A stretch of 64,000 nt of DNA from an uncultured delta proteobacterium (GTDB taxonomy: Bacteria; Desulfobacterota; Binatia; UBA9968): the NCBI GenBank assembly GCA_963771465.1, contig CAVYTU010000018.1:32001-96000 (forward strand), in the 5' to 3' direction. This document shows, piece after piece, positions 26,774 through 36,338 of this stretch (position 1 is the first letter of the stretch; each line of letters begins with the position of its first letter). The notes beneath the pieces were generated by a model. That model was not told the origin of the DNA. It did no database searches and saw only the letters and a program-made list of their open reading frames with translations. Position numbers and translations under genes: made by a program.

Positions 26774-28471
26774 ATGGCTTATGATCTCGTGATTCGCGGT
26801 GGGCGTGTAGTTGACGGTTCCGGTTTGCCGTCGTATGTGGCTGATGTCGGGGTCAAGGGCGGCAAGGTCGTCGAAGTAGGCAAGCTCAAAGACGGCGGGA
26901 CGAAATCCATCGAAGCCGACGGCTTGGCGGTGTCGCCGGGATTCATCGATCATCACACCCATCTCGACGCGCAGATGCTTTGGGATCCTTATGGCACCTG
27001 CGAGCCGCAGCATGGTGTGACCTCCGTGGTGATGGGTAATTGCGGGTTGTCCCTGGCGCCGGTCAGGCAAGGGATCGAAGACGCCATCGTCAAAAGCTTC
27101 ATCCGTGTGGAAGCGATTCCACGCATCGCTCTGGAACAGGGCGTGAAGTGGAACTGGCATAGCTATGGCGAGTATCTCGACAACTTCGAAGGCAAGGTCG
27201 GCATTAATGTCGGCGGCTTGGTCGGTCATATCGCCGTGCGCCATCATGCCATGGGCGAAGAAGCGGTGGAGCGCACAGCCACCGGCACGGAAGTGCAAAA
27301 GATGAAAGGCTTGGTGCTCGATGCGATGGAAGGCGGCGCCTTGGGCATGTCGACCAACCGCAACGACCGCCATATGCGCGAGGACGGCAAGCCGGTGTCG
27401 AGCCGCTTGGCGGACGACGATGAATTGTTTGCCCTTTGCGACGTGCTTGGCGAGCGCAACGCCGGCGTCATCGAAACAATTCTCGGCCGCAACAAGGTCG
27501 AACATTTTGCGTGGTACCATGAATTGGCCAAACGCACGCAACGGCCGATCCTGTGGCAAAGCCTGCAACATCGCTGGTCCGAGCCTAATCTGTGGCGCGA
27601 GCAGCTCGAAGCCGTCGAGCCGATTTTCAAAGCCGGCTACCAAGCCTACGGTTTGACCCACACGGTACCGCTGGTGCGCCACTTCACTTTGAAAGATTGC
27701 CAGATCTTCGACGAGTTCCCGACCTGGAAAAATCTCATGTTTCTGCCGGTGGAAGTGCGCAAACAAGCCTTTGCCGACGCCGACACGCGGATCAAGTTGC
27801 AGTATGAGATCGATAACTTGCGCTTGACTAACTACCACAAACGTTGGGATATTCCCAAAGTCGAGAAATGTTTCAAACCAGAAAATCAAAAATTTGTCGG
27901 CAAGACCATCGCCGAGATGGCGGCCATGCGCAATCAAGCGCCCATCGATGCTTTCCTCGATCTTGCCCTCGACGAAAACTTGGAGACGATTTTTTGGAAC
28001 GCTAACAACGGCGGCGACTGGAACGCCATGGGCGAGATTCTCCGCAGCCCCTATGTGTTGATCGGTACTTCGGACGCCGGCGCCCATGTGCTGTTCGGCG
28101 CCGACTTCGGTTATGGCACGATTCTCCTGGGTCTGTGGGTGCGCGAGCGCCAAGTGATGTCGTTGGAGCAGGCGATCCACAAACTGACGTTTCATCCGGC
28201 CTCGATTTTCGGTTTGCAAGGGCGCGGTTTGCTGCGGCCGGGCTACGCCGCCGACATCGCAATCTTCGATCCCAAGACCGTCCATGCCGAAGAGCCGGTG
28301 TGGGCCAATGATTTCCCGGCTAATACCAAACGCATGGTGCAGAAATCGATTGGCATGCACTACACCATCGTCAACGGCACCGTGATCCACGATCACGGCC
28401 ACATGACCGGCGATCTGCCGGGCCAGGTGATGCGCGGACCGCTTTATCGTCAACAGAAAGCGGCGGCGTAA
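26774..28471 (+). CDS. N-acyl-D-amino-acid deacylase family amidohydrolase
   Basis: YDLVIRGGRVVDGSG, PGFIDHHTHLD, GNCG, SDAGAH, GLLRPGYAADIAIFD. Confidence 0.92.
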   Translation: MAYDLVIRGGRVVDGSGLPSYVADVGVKGGKVVEVGKLKDGGTKSIEADGLAVSPGFIDHHTHLDAQMLWDPYGTCEPQHGVTSVVMGNCGLSLAPVRQGIEDAIVKSFIRVEAIPRIALEQGVKWNWHSYGEYLDNFEGKVGINVGGLVGHIAVRHHAMGEEAVERTATGTEVQKMKGLVLDAMEGGALGMSTNRNDRHMREDGKPVSSRLADDDELFALCDVLGERNAGVIETILGRNKVEHFAWYHELAKRTQRPILWQSLQHRWSEPNLWREQLEAVEPIFKAGYQAYGLTHTVPLVRHFTLKDCQIFDEFPTWKNLMFLPVEVRKQAFADADTRIKLQYEIDNLRLTNYHKRWDIPKVEKCFKPENQKFVGKTIAEMAAMRNQAPIDAFLDLALDENLETIFWNANNGGDWNAMGEILRSPYVLIGTSDAGAHVLFGADFGYGTILLGLWVRERQVMSLEQAIHKLTFHPASIFGLQGRGLLRPGYAADIAIFDPKTVHAEEPVWANDFPANTKRMVQKSIGMHYTIVNGTVIHDHGHMTGDLPGQVMRGPLYRQQKAAA

Positions 28472-28475
28472 CCTG

Positions 28476-28799
28476 ATGGGGGTAAGTTACATACCCGTCG
28501 CGCGGGTCGGGGAGTTAAGTCCCGGTGCTATAAAAGAAGTCGACCTCGGCGGACGCCAAGTGCTCTTGGCGTTCGTCGAGGGAAAATACGTTGCCTTCTC
28601 ACGCCATTGCCCTCATGAAGAAGCGGACTTGAAGGAAGCCGGGCAATTGATTGGTGGCATGCAAATCCGCTGCAACAATCATAGTTATTGTTTCGATCTT
28701 CAGAGCGGTGAATGCACCTTGCCGAAAGGCGGCGCGCCGCTGACGGTGCTGCCAGCCGAAGAGCGCGGCGAAGAAGTTTGCATCCGGCTCGAGTGGTAA
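28476..28799 (+). CDS. Rieske [2Fe-2S] ferredoxin
   Basis: CPH...CNNH ligand motifs, FDLQSG, 107 aa. Confidence 0.9.
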   Translation: MGVSYIPVARVGELSPGAIKEVDLGGRQVLLAFVEGKYVAFSRHCPHEEADLKEAGQLIGGMQIRCNNHSYCFDLQSGECTLPKGGAPLTVLPAEERGEEVCIRLEW

Positions 28800-28875
28800 T
28801 AGCTTGCCCGTTAAGTTCTTTTAGTATCCTCAACCAATTTCTTTTCCTGCAGGCGATGGTATCCTGGGTTTTATC

Positions 28876-29778
28876 GTGAAATATCGCATGGGAAAATCAC
28901 TCGCCCGGTTTTATGCGCTGCATGTGCTGTTCGCCGTTGGGCTGCTGGCCGGCAGCTTCGATGCTTGGGCCCAAGAAAAAAGTTTTCTTTGGAAAGTGGC
29001 GTCCGACAAAGGCGCTGTTTACCTGCTCGGTTCGATCCATCTGCTAAAAAGTCAGGATGCGATGCTCAAACCGATCATCGATGAAACCTTCAAGAAGTCC
29101 AAACGGCTGGCCTTCGAGATCGACTTGACCGACGAGAATCCGGAAAAGATGCGCAAGCTGGTTTTGCAGAAGGGCGTCAATCTTGACGGCAAGACCTTGC
29201 AGCAGAAAGTGTCCGGCGAAACCTTCCAACGGGCGACGGTCTGGGCCAACGAACTCGGCATCGACATCAAAATGTTGACTGCGCTCAAACCCTGGTTGGC
29301 GGGCTTGACGCTGACGGTTATGACTTTGCAAAAGTTCGGCTTCGATCCCGATTCCGGTGTCGATCGCCAACTCGCTCGACGGGCGAAACTTGCCAACAAG
29401 CGGGTCAGCGGGCTGGAAACCGCCGAGGCGCAGTTCGAAATTTTCGATCGCCTACCGCCGGCATTGCAAGAGATGATGCTGCGCCAATCGCTCAAGGAAA
29501 TGGAGCAGATTGGCGGCATGATCGACGACATGATGCGCGCCTGGCGTGACGGCGACATTGTGGCGGCGGAGAAACTGTTTTTGGGAAGCATGACGGAGTT
29601 TCCGGAGATCCAAGAGAAATTGCTCGACGAGCGCAACCGCAATTGGCTGCCGCAAATCGAAAAATTCATCGGCAGCGGCGAAGACACCCTGGTGGTGGTT
29701 GGGGCGGCCCACTTGGTCGGCAAGAACGGTATTATCGAGTTACTCAAATCACGCGGCTATAAACTGGAGCAAATGTGA
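28876..29778 (+). CDS. TraB/GumN family protein
   Basis: Signal peptide, FLWKV..YLLGSIH, GLET, RNRNW, VVGAAHL. Confidence 0.92.
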   Translation: MKYRMGKSLARFYALHVLFAVGLLAGSFDAWAQEKSFLWKVASDKGAVYLLGSIHLLKSQDAMLKPIIDETFKKSKRLAFEIDLTDENPEKMRKLVLQKGVNLDGKTLQQKVSGETFQRATVWANELGIDIKMLTALKPWLAGLTLTVMTLQKFGFDPDSGVDRQLARRAKLANKRVSGLETAEAQFEIFDRLPPALQEMMLRQSLKEMEQIGGMIDDMMRAWRDGDIVAAEKLFLGSMTEFPEIQEKLLDERNRNWLPQIEKFIGSGEDTLVVVGAAHLVGKNGIIELLKSRGYKLEQM

Positions 29779-30272
29779 TGGTGCAGGGGAAAAACAATAT
29801 CAAATCGATTCGCGTCGCGGACTGGATGAGTGAAGGTGTTTTAGCGGTCGAGACTTTCGACAGTATTGCGATCGCACGCCAAGTGATGGCGAAGCATCGG
29901 GTCAACCAGTTGCCCGTGCTCGACAACGACCATCTCGTCGGCATCGTCACCGATCGCGATATTCGCGACGCCTATCCGACCAGCATGATGATCAACCACA
30001 CCGAAGCCATCGACGAGTTCGCCGAAAAGGTCACCGTCGAAGAAGTGATGACCCATGATATCTTCGTGGTCCAGCCGGAAACACCGTTGGCCAAGGCCGT
30101 CGGCTTATTGCGTAAACACCGCATCGGCGCCTTGCCGGTGGTCAAAAGCCGAGAGCTGGTCGGCATCATCACGCGCAGCGATGTTCTTGATTATGTCTTG
30201 AGCGGCGCCGGTCGTCGCAAACGCGCGGCGTCGAAAAAGAGTTCGACGACAGCTCAGGCGAAAAAGCAGTAG
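29775..30272 (+). CDS. CBS-domain protein (AcuB-like)
   Basis: Two CBS repeats: LPV..LVGIVTDRD and LPVV..LVGIITRSD. Confidence 0.9.
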   Translation: MMVQGKNNIKSIRVADWMSEGVLAVETFDSIAIARQVMAKHRVNQLPVLDNDHLVGIVTDRDIRDAYPTSMMINHTEAIDEFAEKVTVEEVMTHDIFVVQPETPLAKAVGLLRKHRIGALPVVKSRELVGIITRSDVLDYVLSGAGRRKRAASKKSSTTAQAKKQ

Positions 30273-30321
30273 TCGAATCGTTGGCATTTATATTCTTCAT
30301 CAAAGGGAAGGATTTCGCTCC

Positions 30322-30816
30322 ATGCCGTCATTCGATATCGTCAGCCGTATCGATCTCCAGGAAGTCGACAATGCGGTCAACATAACGACCAAGACGATTC
30401 TCACGCGCTACGATTTTCGTGGCTCGAAAACCGAGATCAGCTTGGATAAAAAAGAGAAAAAGATCCAAGTGACCACGGAAGACGACATGAAAATGCGCGC
30501 GATCCAGGACACCCTGATCGAAAATCTGGTCAAGCGCAAAGTTGACCGGCGTTGCTTGGACCCCAAGACGACCGAAGCGGCGGCGCTTGGCATGATCCGG
30601 CGCGACATCGCAATCAAAGAAGGGGTCGATTCGGATAATGCCCGGGCAATCGTTAAGATGATTAAAGAGAAAAAGCTCAAGGTCCAAGCGGCAATGCAGG
30701 ACGGGCAAGTGCGTGTGACCGGAAAAAAGATCGATGACTTGCAGCAAGTGATCCAAATGCTGCGCGAGGCTAAAATCGAGATCCCGTTGCAGTTTGTCAA
30801 CATGCAGGGCCGCTAA
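30322..30816 (+). CDS. yajQ: YajQ family nucleotide/c-di-GMP-binding protein
   Basis: [37 protein letters not shown]. Confidence 0.95.
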   Translation: MPSFDIVSRIDLQEVDNAVNITTKTILTRYDFRGSKTEISLDKKEKKIQVTTEDDMKMRAIQDTLIENLVKRKVDRRCLDPKTTEAAALGMIRRDIAIKEGVDSDNARAIVKMIKEKKLKVQAAMQDGQVRVTGKKIDDLQQVIQMLREAKIEIPLQFVNMQGR

Positions 30817-30845
30817 CGCTATTTGCAGAACGATTGGAGACAATC

Positions 30846-31241
30846 ATGGAAAAGATCAAAAAATCTGACAGCGAATGGAAACAGCAATTAACCGACGAGC
30901 AATTCAATGTCGCGCGCAAGAAAGGCACGGAGCGGGCGTTCACCGGCGAGTACTGGGACAATCACGAGAAGGGGACATATCGCTGCATTTGTTGCGGCAA
31001 TGAACTGTTCAGCTCGGAAACCAAATTCGATTCGGGCACCGGCTGGCCGAGTTTTTGGGCGCCGGCGGCGCCGGAGAACGTCGAGACCGAGGACGATACC
31101 AGCTATGGCATGCGCCGCACCGAAGCGATGTGCGGCAAATGCGAAGCTCATCTCGGCCATGTCTTCGAGGACGGCCCCAAGCCGACGAACCTGCGCTATT
31201 GCATCAACTCCGCGTCGCTCAAGTTCGAGAAGGGCAAGTAG
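30846..31241 (+). CDS. msrB: Peptide-methionine (R)-S-oxide reductase
   Basis: GTERAF, CxxC pairs, [23 protein letters not shown]. Confidence 0.97.
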   Translation: MEKIKKSDSEWKQQLTDEQFNVARKKGTERAFTGEYWDNHEKGTYRCICCGNELFSSETKFDSGTGWPSFWAPAAPENVETEDDTSYGMRRTEAMCGKCEAHLGHVFEDGPKPTNLRYCINSASLKFEKGK

Positions 31242-31254
31242 CCGATTCAGCGCC

Positions 31255-31710
31255 ATGGACGAGATCGCCTTTCAAGATCAAGGCTCGGTGCATCATTGCT
31301 ATGGTTGCGGCGCGGCCAACGAGAAAGGCTTGCGGCTAAAAAGTTACTGGGAGGGCGAAGAGGCGGTGGCGAGTTGGCGCGCCGAGCCGCACCATTGCGG
31401 CGGTACCAGAGAAAATCTCAACGGCGGCGTCATTGCCTCACTGATCGATTGCCACAGTCTGAATCTTGCCATCGCAGCCGCTTATCGCGCTGAAAAACGT
31501 CCCATCGGCAGCGCGCCGCGCATCGGCTATGTCTCGGCGAATTTGAACGTGTCTTATCTTAAGCCGACGCCGCTCAAAGAAGCGATTCAATTGCGCGCGC
31601 GGATCACGAAACTCGAAGGCCGAAAGGCGTGGGTCAATTGCACCCTCAGCGCAGCAGAAGAGATTCGCGCAACCGGCGAAGTGTTGGGCGTGCGGGTGGA
31701 GTGGGAATAA
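31255..31710 (+). CDS. PaaI-family hotdog thioesterase
   Basis: CYGCG..N..GL, NGGVIASLIDCH, YLKPTP; real start taken as ATG 31255. Confidence 0.88.
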   Translation: MDEIAFQDQGSVHHCYGCGAANEKGLRLKSYWEGEEAVASWRAEPHHCGGTRENLNGGVIASLIDCHSLNLAIAAAYRAEKRPIGSAPRIGYVSANLNVSYLKPTPLKEAIQLRARITKLEGRKAWVNCTLSAAEEIRATGEVLGVRVEWE

Positions 31711-31717
31711 ACAAGAT

Positions 31718-31802
31718 CGTTCAAGCCGTTCAAAACGTTAAAATGGTTCAAACCGTTACGGATAATTTTCCGGCGACTTGACCGGCTTAAACAGTTTGAA
31801 CC
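31718..31802. repeat. Intergenic 9-bp-period GTTCAANNN repeat forming a long imperfect hairpin
   Basis: CGTTCAAGC CGTTCAAAA CGTTAAAAT GGTTCAAAC followed by inverted TTGACCGGC TTAAACAGT TTGAACC. Confidence 0.7.
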
Positions 31803-31813
31803 AACAGGAAAAG

Positions 31814-32758
31814 ATGGAATATACGACTCTCGGAAAAACTGGATTGAAAATTAGCGTCGCTGGTCTTGGCTGTGGCGGGCCGAGCCGGCTTGGTATGCGC
31901 GGCGGTGCGGGGGCGGAAGAACGTGCGGTTCGCCTGGTCAAGCAAGCGCTCGATCTCGGCGTGAATATTCTCGATACGGCGCAGAATTACGGCACCGAAG
32001 GCATCGTCGGCAAAGCGATCGCCGGGATGCCGCGGGACCGTGTGGTGATTTCGACCAAGAAGACATTGCCGACTCCCGATCAGGCGAATCCGGAAGCCGA
32101 GATTATCAACGGCTTGGAGCAAAGTCTTAGGCTGCTTGGCACCGACTACATCGATATTTATCATCTGCACGGTGTCGAGCCCAAGGATTTTGAGTTCGCG
32201 CAAGACCGCCTAATGGCGCCAATGCGGCGCTTGAAAGAGCAGGGCAAGATCCGTTTCATCGGCGTCACCGAAAACTTTGGTGTCGACACGTCACACACGA
32301 TGTTGACGGACAGCCTTGAGAAGAATTTGTGGGACGTGGTGATGGTTGGATTCAGTTTGCTCAATCCGTCGGCGCGGAAGACTATTTTTCCGCTGGCCAT
32401 GCAGCGCGGTGTCGGTGTGCTCGATATGTTCGCCGTGCGGCGCGCGCTCAGCCAGCCTAAACGATTGAAAGAGATGTGCGCTGAATTGGTCGAGAAAGGC
32501 GCGATTAGAAAAGATGCGCTGGATCTAAACAATCCGCTAGGTTTTTTGCTCAAGGAAACCGACGCCGCGACCCTGCCGGAAGCCGCGTACCGTTTTTGCC
32601 GCCATGAGCGCGGCGTCGATGTCGTTCTAACCGGCACCGGCAATCCTGACCACTTGCGGGAAAATGTCAGCTCGATTCTCAAGCCGCCGCTGCCCAAAGC
32701 GGCATTGCAGAACCTTGAGAGTTTATTTGGCGGAATGGATTCTTTGACCGGCGGTTAG
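31814..32758 (+). CDS. Aldo/keto reductase
   Basis: LGKTGLKIS..GLG, DTAQNYG, STK, DYIDIYHLH, GKIRFIGV. Confidence 0.92.
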   Translation: MEYTTLGKTGLKISVAGLGCGGPSRLGMRGGAGAEERAVRLVKQALDLGVNILDTAQNYGTEGIVGKAIAGMPRDRVVISTKKTLPTPDQANPEAEIINGLEQSLRLLGTDYIDIYHLHGVEPKDFEFAQDRLMAPMRRLKEQGKIRFIGVTENFGVDTSHTMLTDSLEKNLWDVVMVGFSLLNPSARKTIFPLAMQRGVGVLDMFAVRRALSQPKRLKEMCAELVEKGAIRKDALDLNNPLGFLLKETDAATLPEAAYRFCRHERGVDVVLTGTGNPDHLRENVSSILKPPLPKAALQNLESLFGGMDSLTGG

Positions 32759-32860
32759 TCTCGTAATTTGCCCTTTGTTCATTCTCGCTTGTTTTGCCCT
32801 CAACTCACCATCCCCAGAGTTCGCGGAAATTGTGGTTGGGAGTGACAAGACCTTGTTCAA

Positions 32861-33979
32861 TTAAGAAGACGATTCCGGTTGAAACAGTTTCGAGTATTGC
32901 TCCCAGGATGCCGGCGCGATGCGGGCGGTTGCGAGATTTTCATCAACATGTTTTTGTTGTTTCATTCCGACCAAGGCAGTGGTTACACCTGGCGTTGAGC
33001 GGACGAATTGCAATGCGCGCTGGCCGTCGGTTTCGAGCCCGGTGAAAGTTTCGTGAATGATTGGCGGCAGATCGTGCGTGAGTTGCCCCTGCAACACTGA
33101 CGCGCTGCACATGACCGTGACGCCAAATTCCTGAGCCGCTTCGAGCAAGGTATGTTGATGGCCGTGCAGCGGCTGATTTGGATTCGACAAGGCTTCGCTC
33201 ATACCGAGATTGAGCGGCAGCTGAATGACCTTGAAGTGATGCTGCTCGCCACCGGCTTTGCCGGCCAGTTCAACTACACGGGCGAGCGACAGATAGTCTT
33301 TGGCATCCGCTGAGTTGCGAAAACAGTTCCAGGTCGCTGTGCCGTACATGCGAATCTTGCCGGCGCTCACGGCGACTTCCAACGCTTCAAACGCTTTGAC
33401 TAGCCGGCCGTCAAACTCGTCCTGCGTGATTTTGCCCAGTTGGGTTTCCGGATTGTGCAGGTAGTAAATGTCGATCGACTCCAAGTCGAGATTGCGTAGG
33501 CTACAGTCGAGCTGATTGAGCAAATATTTTGGCGTCATGCAGTGGCAGCCGCCGACGATATCGGACGCCGTAGCAAGGCCGGGTTTGATAAAACTTTGCT
33601 CGATGTAGGCGCGCGCGTCTTTGGGCGGCGTGCCGTCGTAGGGAATGAATCCGCCTTTGGTGGCGACGACGATCTCGTCGCGGTTGTAGCCTTGGGTCGT
33701 GAGATTCTTGAGCGCCGTGCCGATGGAGCGTTCGCTTCGTTGCAGGCGATAATTGATCGCGCTGTCGATGACGTTGCAGCCGGACTGCACCGCGTGAACC
33801 ACCGCTTTATGATATTCTTGATCGGTGGCGTCATCGTAGTTGCCCAAGTAGGTGCCGATGCCGATGGACGACATCAAGAGGCCTTGAGATTCTCGAAAAT
33901 GCTCCGCTGGAATTTTGCCGTCGAACCGTTTGCGGTAGCGCCCAGTGCCTTCACTTGTCGCCACGCCAGAAATTTTCAT
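32861..33979 (-). CDS. Aldo/keto reductase
   Basis: SSIGIGTYLG, IDSAINY, TKGG, IDIYYLHNPE, GKIRMYG. Confidence 0.92.
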   Translation of the reverse strand: MKISGVATSEGTGRYRKRFDGKIPAEHFRESQGLLMSSIGIGTYLGNYDDATDQEYHKAVVHAVQSGCNVIDSAINYRLQRSERSIGTALKNLTTQGYNRDEIVVATKGGFIPYDGTPPKDARAYIEQSFIKPGLATASDIVGGCHCMTPKYLLNQLDCSLRNLDLESIDIYYLHNPETQLGKITQDEFDGRLVKAFEALEVAVSAGKIRMYGTATWNCFRNSADAKDYLSLARVVELAGKAGGEQHHFKVIQLPLNLGMSEALSNPNQPLHGHQHTLLEAAQEFGVTVMCSASVLQGQLTHDLPPIIHETFTGLETDGQRALQFVRSTPGVTTALVGMKQQKHVDENLATARIAPASWEQYSKLFQPESSS

Positions 33980-34455
33980 TTTGCCCCCTTTCCCTTGCCG
34001 CCACCGCGCAACAGCAGACTATCGAGCCCCATGGTACGACCGGGATTTGCCAGTATGAAGATCGCCAGCATGATGATGAATGTTTGCTGCTGTGCCACCA
34101 TCGCCCCGCCGCGCGCCATCCCAGGACCGAGGTAGTAGTTGATCACCATAAACATACCGACAAAAGCGCTGACCCGGGTAAATAAACCTAGTAGCAGACA
34201 GGCGCCGACACCGATCTCGCCGATCACCACGAGATAACCGACGAGCTCACTATGGGGCACGATATAATTTTGTAGGAAGGTTTTGTACCAGGGGTACAGA
34301 TCGAGGGTGGCGATGTCGCCGATTTGCCGGCCGATCCAGTCGCCCTTGGGAAAGTCGCGCTGAAATTTTCTGATACCTTGAAAGAAAAGATAGTAACCGA
34401 CGTAGATGCGCAGGACGGACAAATACCAGAGATAGGTTCGCTCCTTTAGATTCAT
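33976..34455 (-). CDS. DoxX / DoxD family membrane protein
   Basis: LRIYVGY..G..K, GEIGVG..LLLGLFTR, G..GLD; overlaps the next gene (ATGA). Confidence 0.85.
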   Translation of the reverse strand: MNLKERTYLWYLSVLRIYVGYYLFFQGIRKFQRDFPKGDWIGRQIGDIATLDLYPWYKTFLQNYIVPHSELVGYLVVIGEIGVGACLLLGLFTRVSAFVGMFMVINYYLGPGMARGGAMVAQQQTFIIMLAIFILANPGRTMGLDSLLLRGGGKGKGAK

Positions 34456-34614
34456 CGCGCTCTTTCAAACTCAAACTTGCGCATTTTCAGCATTGGAGAA
34501 TTTCGCCGTCACGCGAAATTTCTCCGGCGCAGACGGATTGGCGCGCGCGGAAACCGGCGCAACCCGAGCGGCAAAACAGCATGAGTCAATCGATTGATCT
34601 AGCGGTGAATACTC

Positions 34615-35382
34615 TCAGAAAGCGTCTTTCATTTTTCTGACCGCGGCGAACACCGAAACTGGGTCAAGGCTGTTCTGTGGCGCAACGGACTGAACGCTCG
34701 CTTGAATTTCTCCACTGTCCCAACGCAAAAACGGATTGGTCTCAATTTCTTCTTCCAGGGTCGCCGGCACCGTCGGCGCGCCGCCGGCGCGCAAGGTTTT
34801 CACCCGCTCATAGCGCGTGACGAGTTTCGGATTGTTCGGTTCCACCGACATGGCGAAGCGCAGGTTGTTCTCTGTATATTCGTGACCGCAGTAGACTTGG
34901 GTGTGCGCCGGCAGGGCCATCAATTTTTTCAGCGATGCGTGCATTTGTTGCGCCGTTCCTTCGAACAGCCGGCCGCAGCCGGCGGTAAACAGGGTGTCGC
35001 CGCAAAATAGATTGTTCTCGAACAGGTAGGCGACGTGACCGGTGGTATGGCCAGGGATGAAGAAAACCTTTCCTTGCAACTCGCCGATGTGAATTTCGTC
35101 GCCTTCATCTACACCATGGGTCATGCCGAACACACGCGCCTGATCGCTCTTATGGCCGTATACTCGTACTTTGTGCGCCGCCAGTATCCCTTCGTTGCCG
35201 CCGGTGTGATCGCGGTGATGGTGCGTGTTGAGGATCGCAGTTAGCGTTGCCTGCTCTTGGGCGATTCGACGCAGCACAGGTTCTGATTCAGACGGATCGA
35301 CGATCGCCGCTTGATGGGTTTTCTCGCACACCACGAGATAGCCGTAGTTGTCTCGCAGCAAAGGAATTTGGGTAATTTTCAT
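34615..35382 (-). CDS. gloB: Hydroxyacylglutathione hydrolase (glyoxalase II)
   Basis: DNY, THHHRDHTGG, PGHT.GH, GDTLF.AGCGRLFEG, GHEYT, TNPFLR. Confidence 0.96.
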   Translation of the reverse strand: MKITQIPLLRDNYGYLVVCEKTHQAAIVDPSESEPVLRRIAQEQATLTAILNTHHHRDHTGGNEGILAAHKVRVYGHKSDQARVFGMTHGVDEGDEIHIGELQGKVFFIPGHTTGHVAYLFENNLFCGDTLFTAGCGRLFEGTAQQMHASLKKLMALPAHTQVYCGHEYTENNLRFAMSVEPNNPKLVTRYERVKTLRAGGAPTVPATLEEEIETNPFLRWDSGEIQASVQSVAPQNSLDPVSVFAAVRKMKDAF

Positions 35383-35627
35383 AGCCTTCTTGTTTGTTCC
35401 GCGTCTTTTACAAAATTATTAGGCCGAGGGTTGTATTGATGACATAATTGAACTTTCGGTCCCACCCGCGCGCTTACAGATGACCCTAGCATAGTTGCTT
35501 AAAACGCGGCAAGTCACTAAACAAAAAGATCTTTTTGCCGATGGATAGAGTTGTGCGGAAGCTTCGGCATAGCGGTCACGGGAATTGCATTAGGAGTCGC
35601 TTTTACGAATGAGGGAAACAATCCGCT

Positions 35628-36083
35628 ATGCTAGACGGCGCTCTTAGGCCTGTTGAAGTCCTACTGGTCGAGGACAATCCCGGCGACGTGCGGCTGACCG
35701 AGGAGGCTTTGAAGGAGGGTAAACTCGTCGTTCACTTGACCGTCGCCCGCGACGGTCTTGAGGCTACTGATATTCTCCACCAGCGCAATGGCCACGCGAA
35801 TGCCAAGCGGCCGGATCTGATCCTGCTCGATCTCAATTTGCCCAAAATCGACGGCCGGCAGGTTCTGCAAGAAATTAAGAATGATCCCAAGCTGTTGCGT
35901 ATCCCGGTGGTGGTTCTCACCACCTCCGAAGCCGACTCGGATATTTTGACGACCTACGGCTCCCATGCCAACTGCTACATCACCAAGCCGGTCGACATGG
36001 ATCGTTTCGTCGACATCGTAAAACTCCTAGAGGAGTTCTGGTTCACCATCGTCAAGCTGCCGTCACACGGAACCGCCTTGTAA
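35628..36083 (+). CDS. Single-domain response regulator (Rcp1-like)
   Basis: LLVEDNPGD, LLDLNLPK, VLTTS, ANCYITKP, FW. Confidence 0.95.
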   Translation: MLDGALRPVEVLLVEDNPGDVRLTEEALKEGKLVVHLTVARDGLEATDILHQRNGHANAKRPDLILLDLNLPKIDGRQVLQEIKNDPKLLRIPVVVLTTSEADSDILTTYGSHANCYITKPVDMDRFVDIVKLLEEFWFTIVKLPSHGTAL

Positions 36084-36116
36084 CTCCGCGGCCGGCTACT
36101 CTCGGAGATAATTTAC

Positions 36117-36338
36117 ATGCAGAAAAATGCACTTCGGGATTTGCTGGCCTGCGCTCTCGCTCTAACGATATTTATGAACACGCCGCTAATGGCGCAGACC
36201 ATCAAAGTCGGCGGCGACGGAAGCGCATCGGCGCTGAACAAAAAGATCGTCGAGCGCCATGGCGGCAAAAACTGGGTCGAATCGGAACCAGGAAGAGGAG
36301 CGGCATTTTCTTCACGCTGCCAGCTTAATGCGACATGA
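36117..36338 (+). pseudogene. Chimeric remnant: binding-protein signal peptide fused to a histidine-kinase C-terminus
   Basis: Leader ..MAQTIKVGG joined to [23 protein letters not shown], with FTLP continuing in a shifted frame. Confidence 0.65.

Noticed and set aside
26756-28453. 565-aa antisense ORF, the same length as the amidohydrolase
   Set aside because: In-register shadow of a gene with strong codon bias; no motifs of its own
30907-31254. Long N-terminal extension of the thioesterase ORF overlapping msrB
   Set aside because: Arg/Ala/Ser-rich alternative-frame read-through; the real start is ATG 31255
31718-31802. Possible mini-CRISPR
   Set aside because: Units are 9 bp with no spacers, and there are no cas genes in the window
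35570-35592. GGTCACGGGAATTGC resembling a sigma-54 promoter
   Set aside because: GG-to-GC spacing is 11 rather than the required 10
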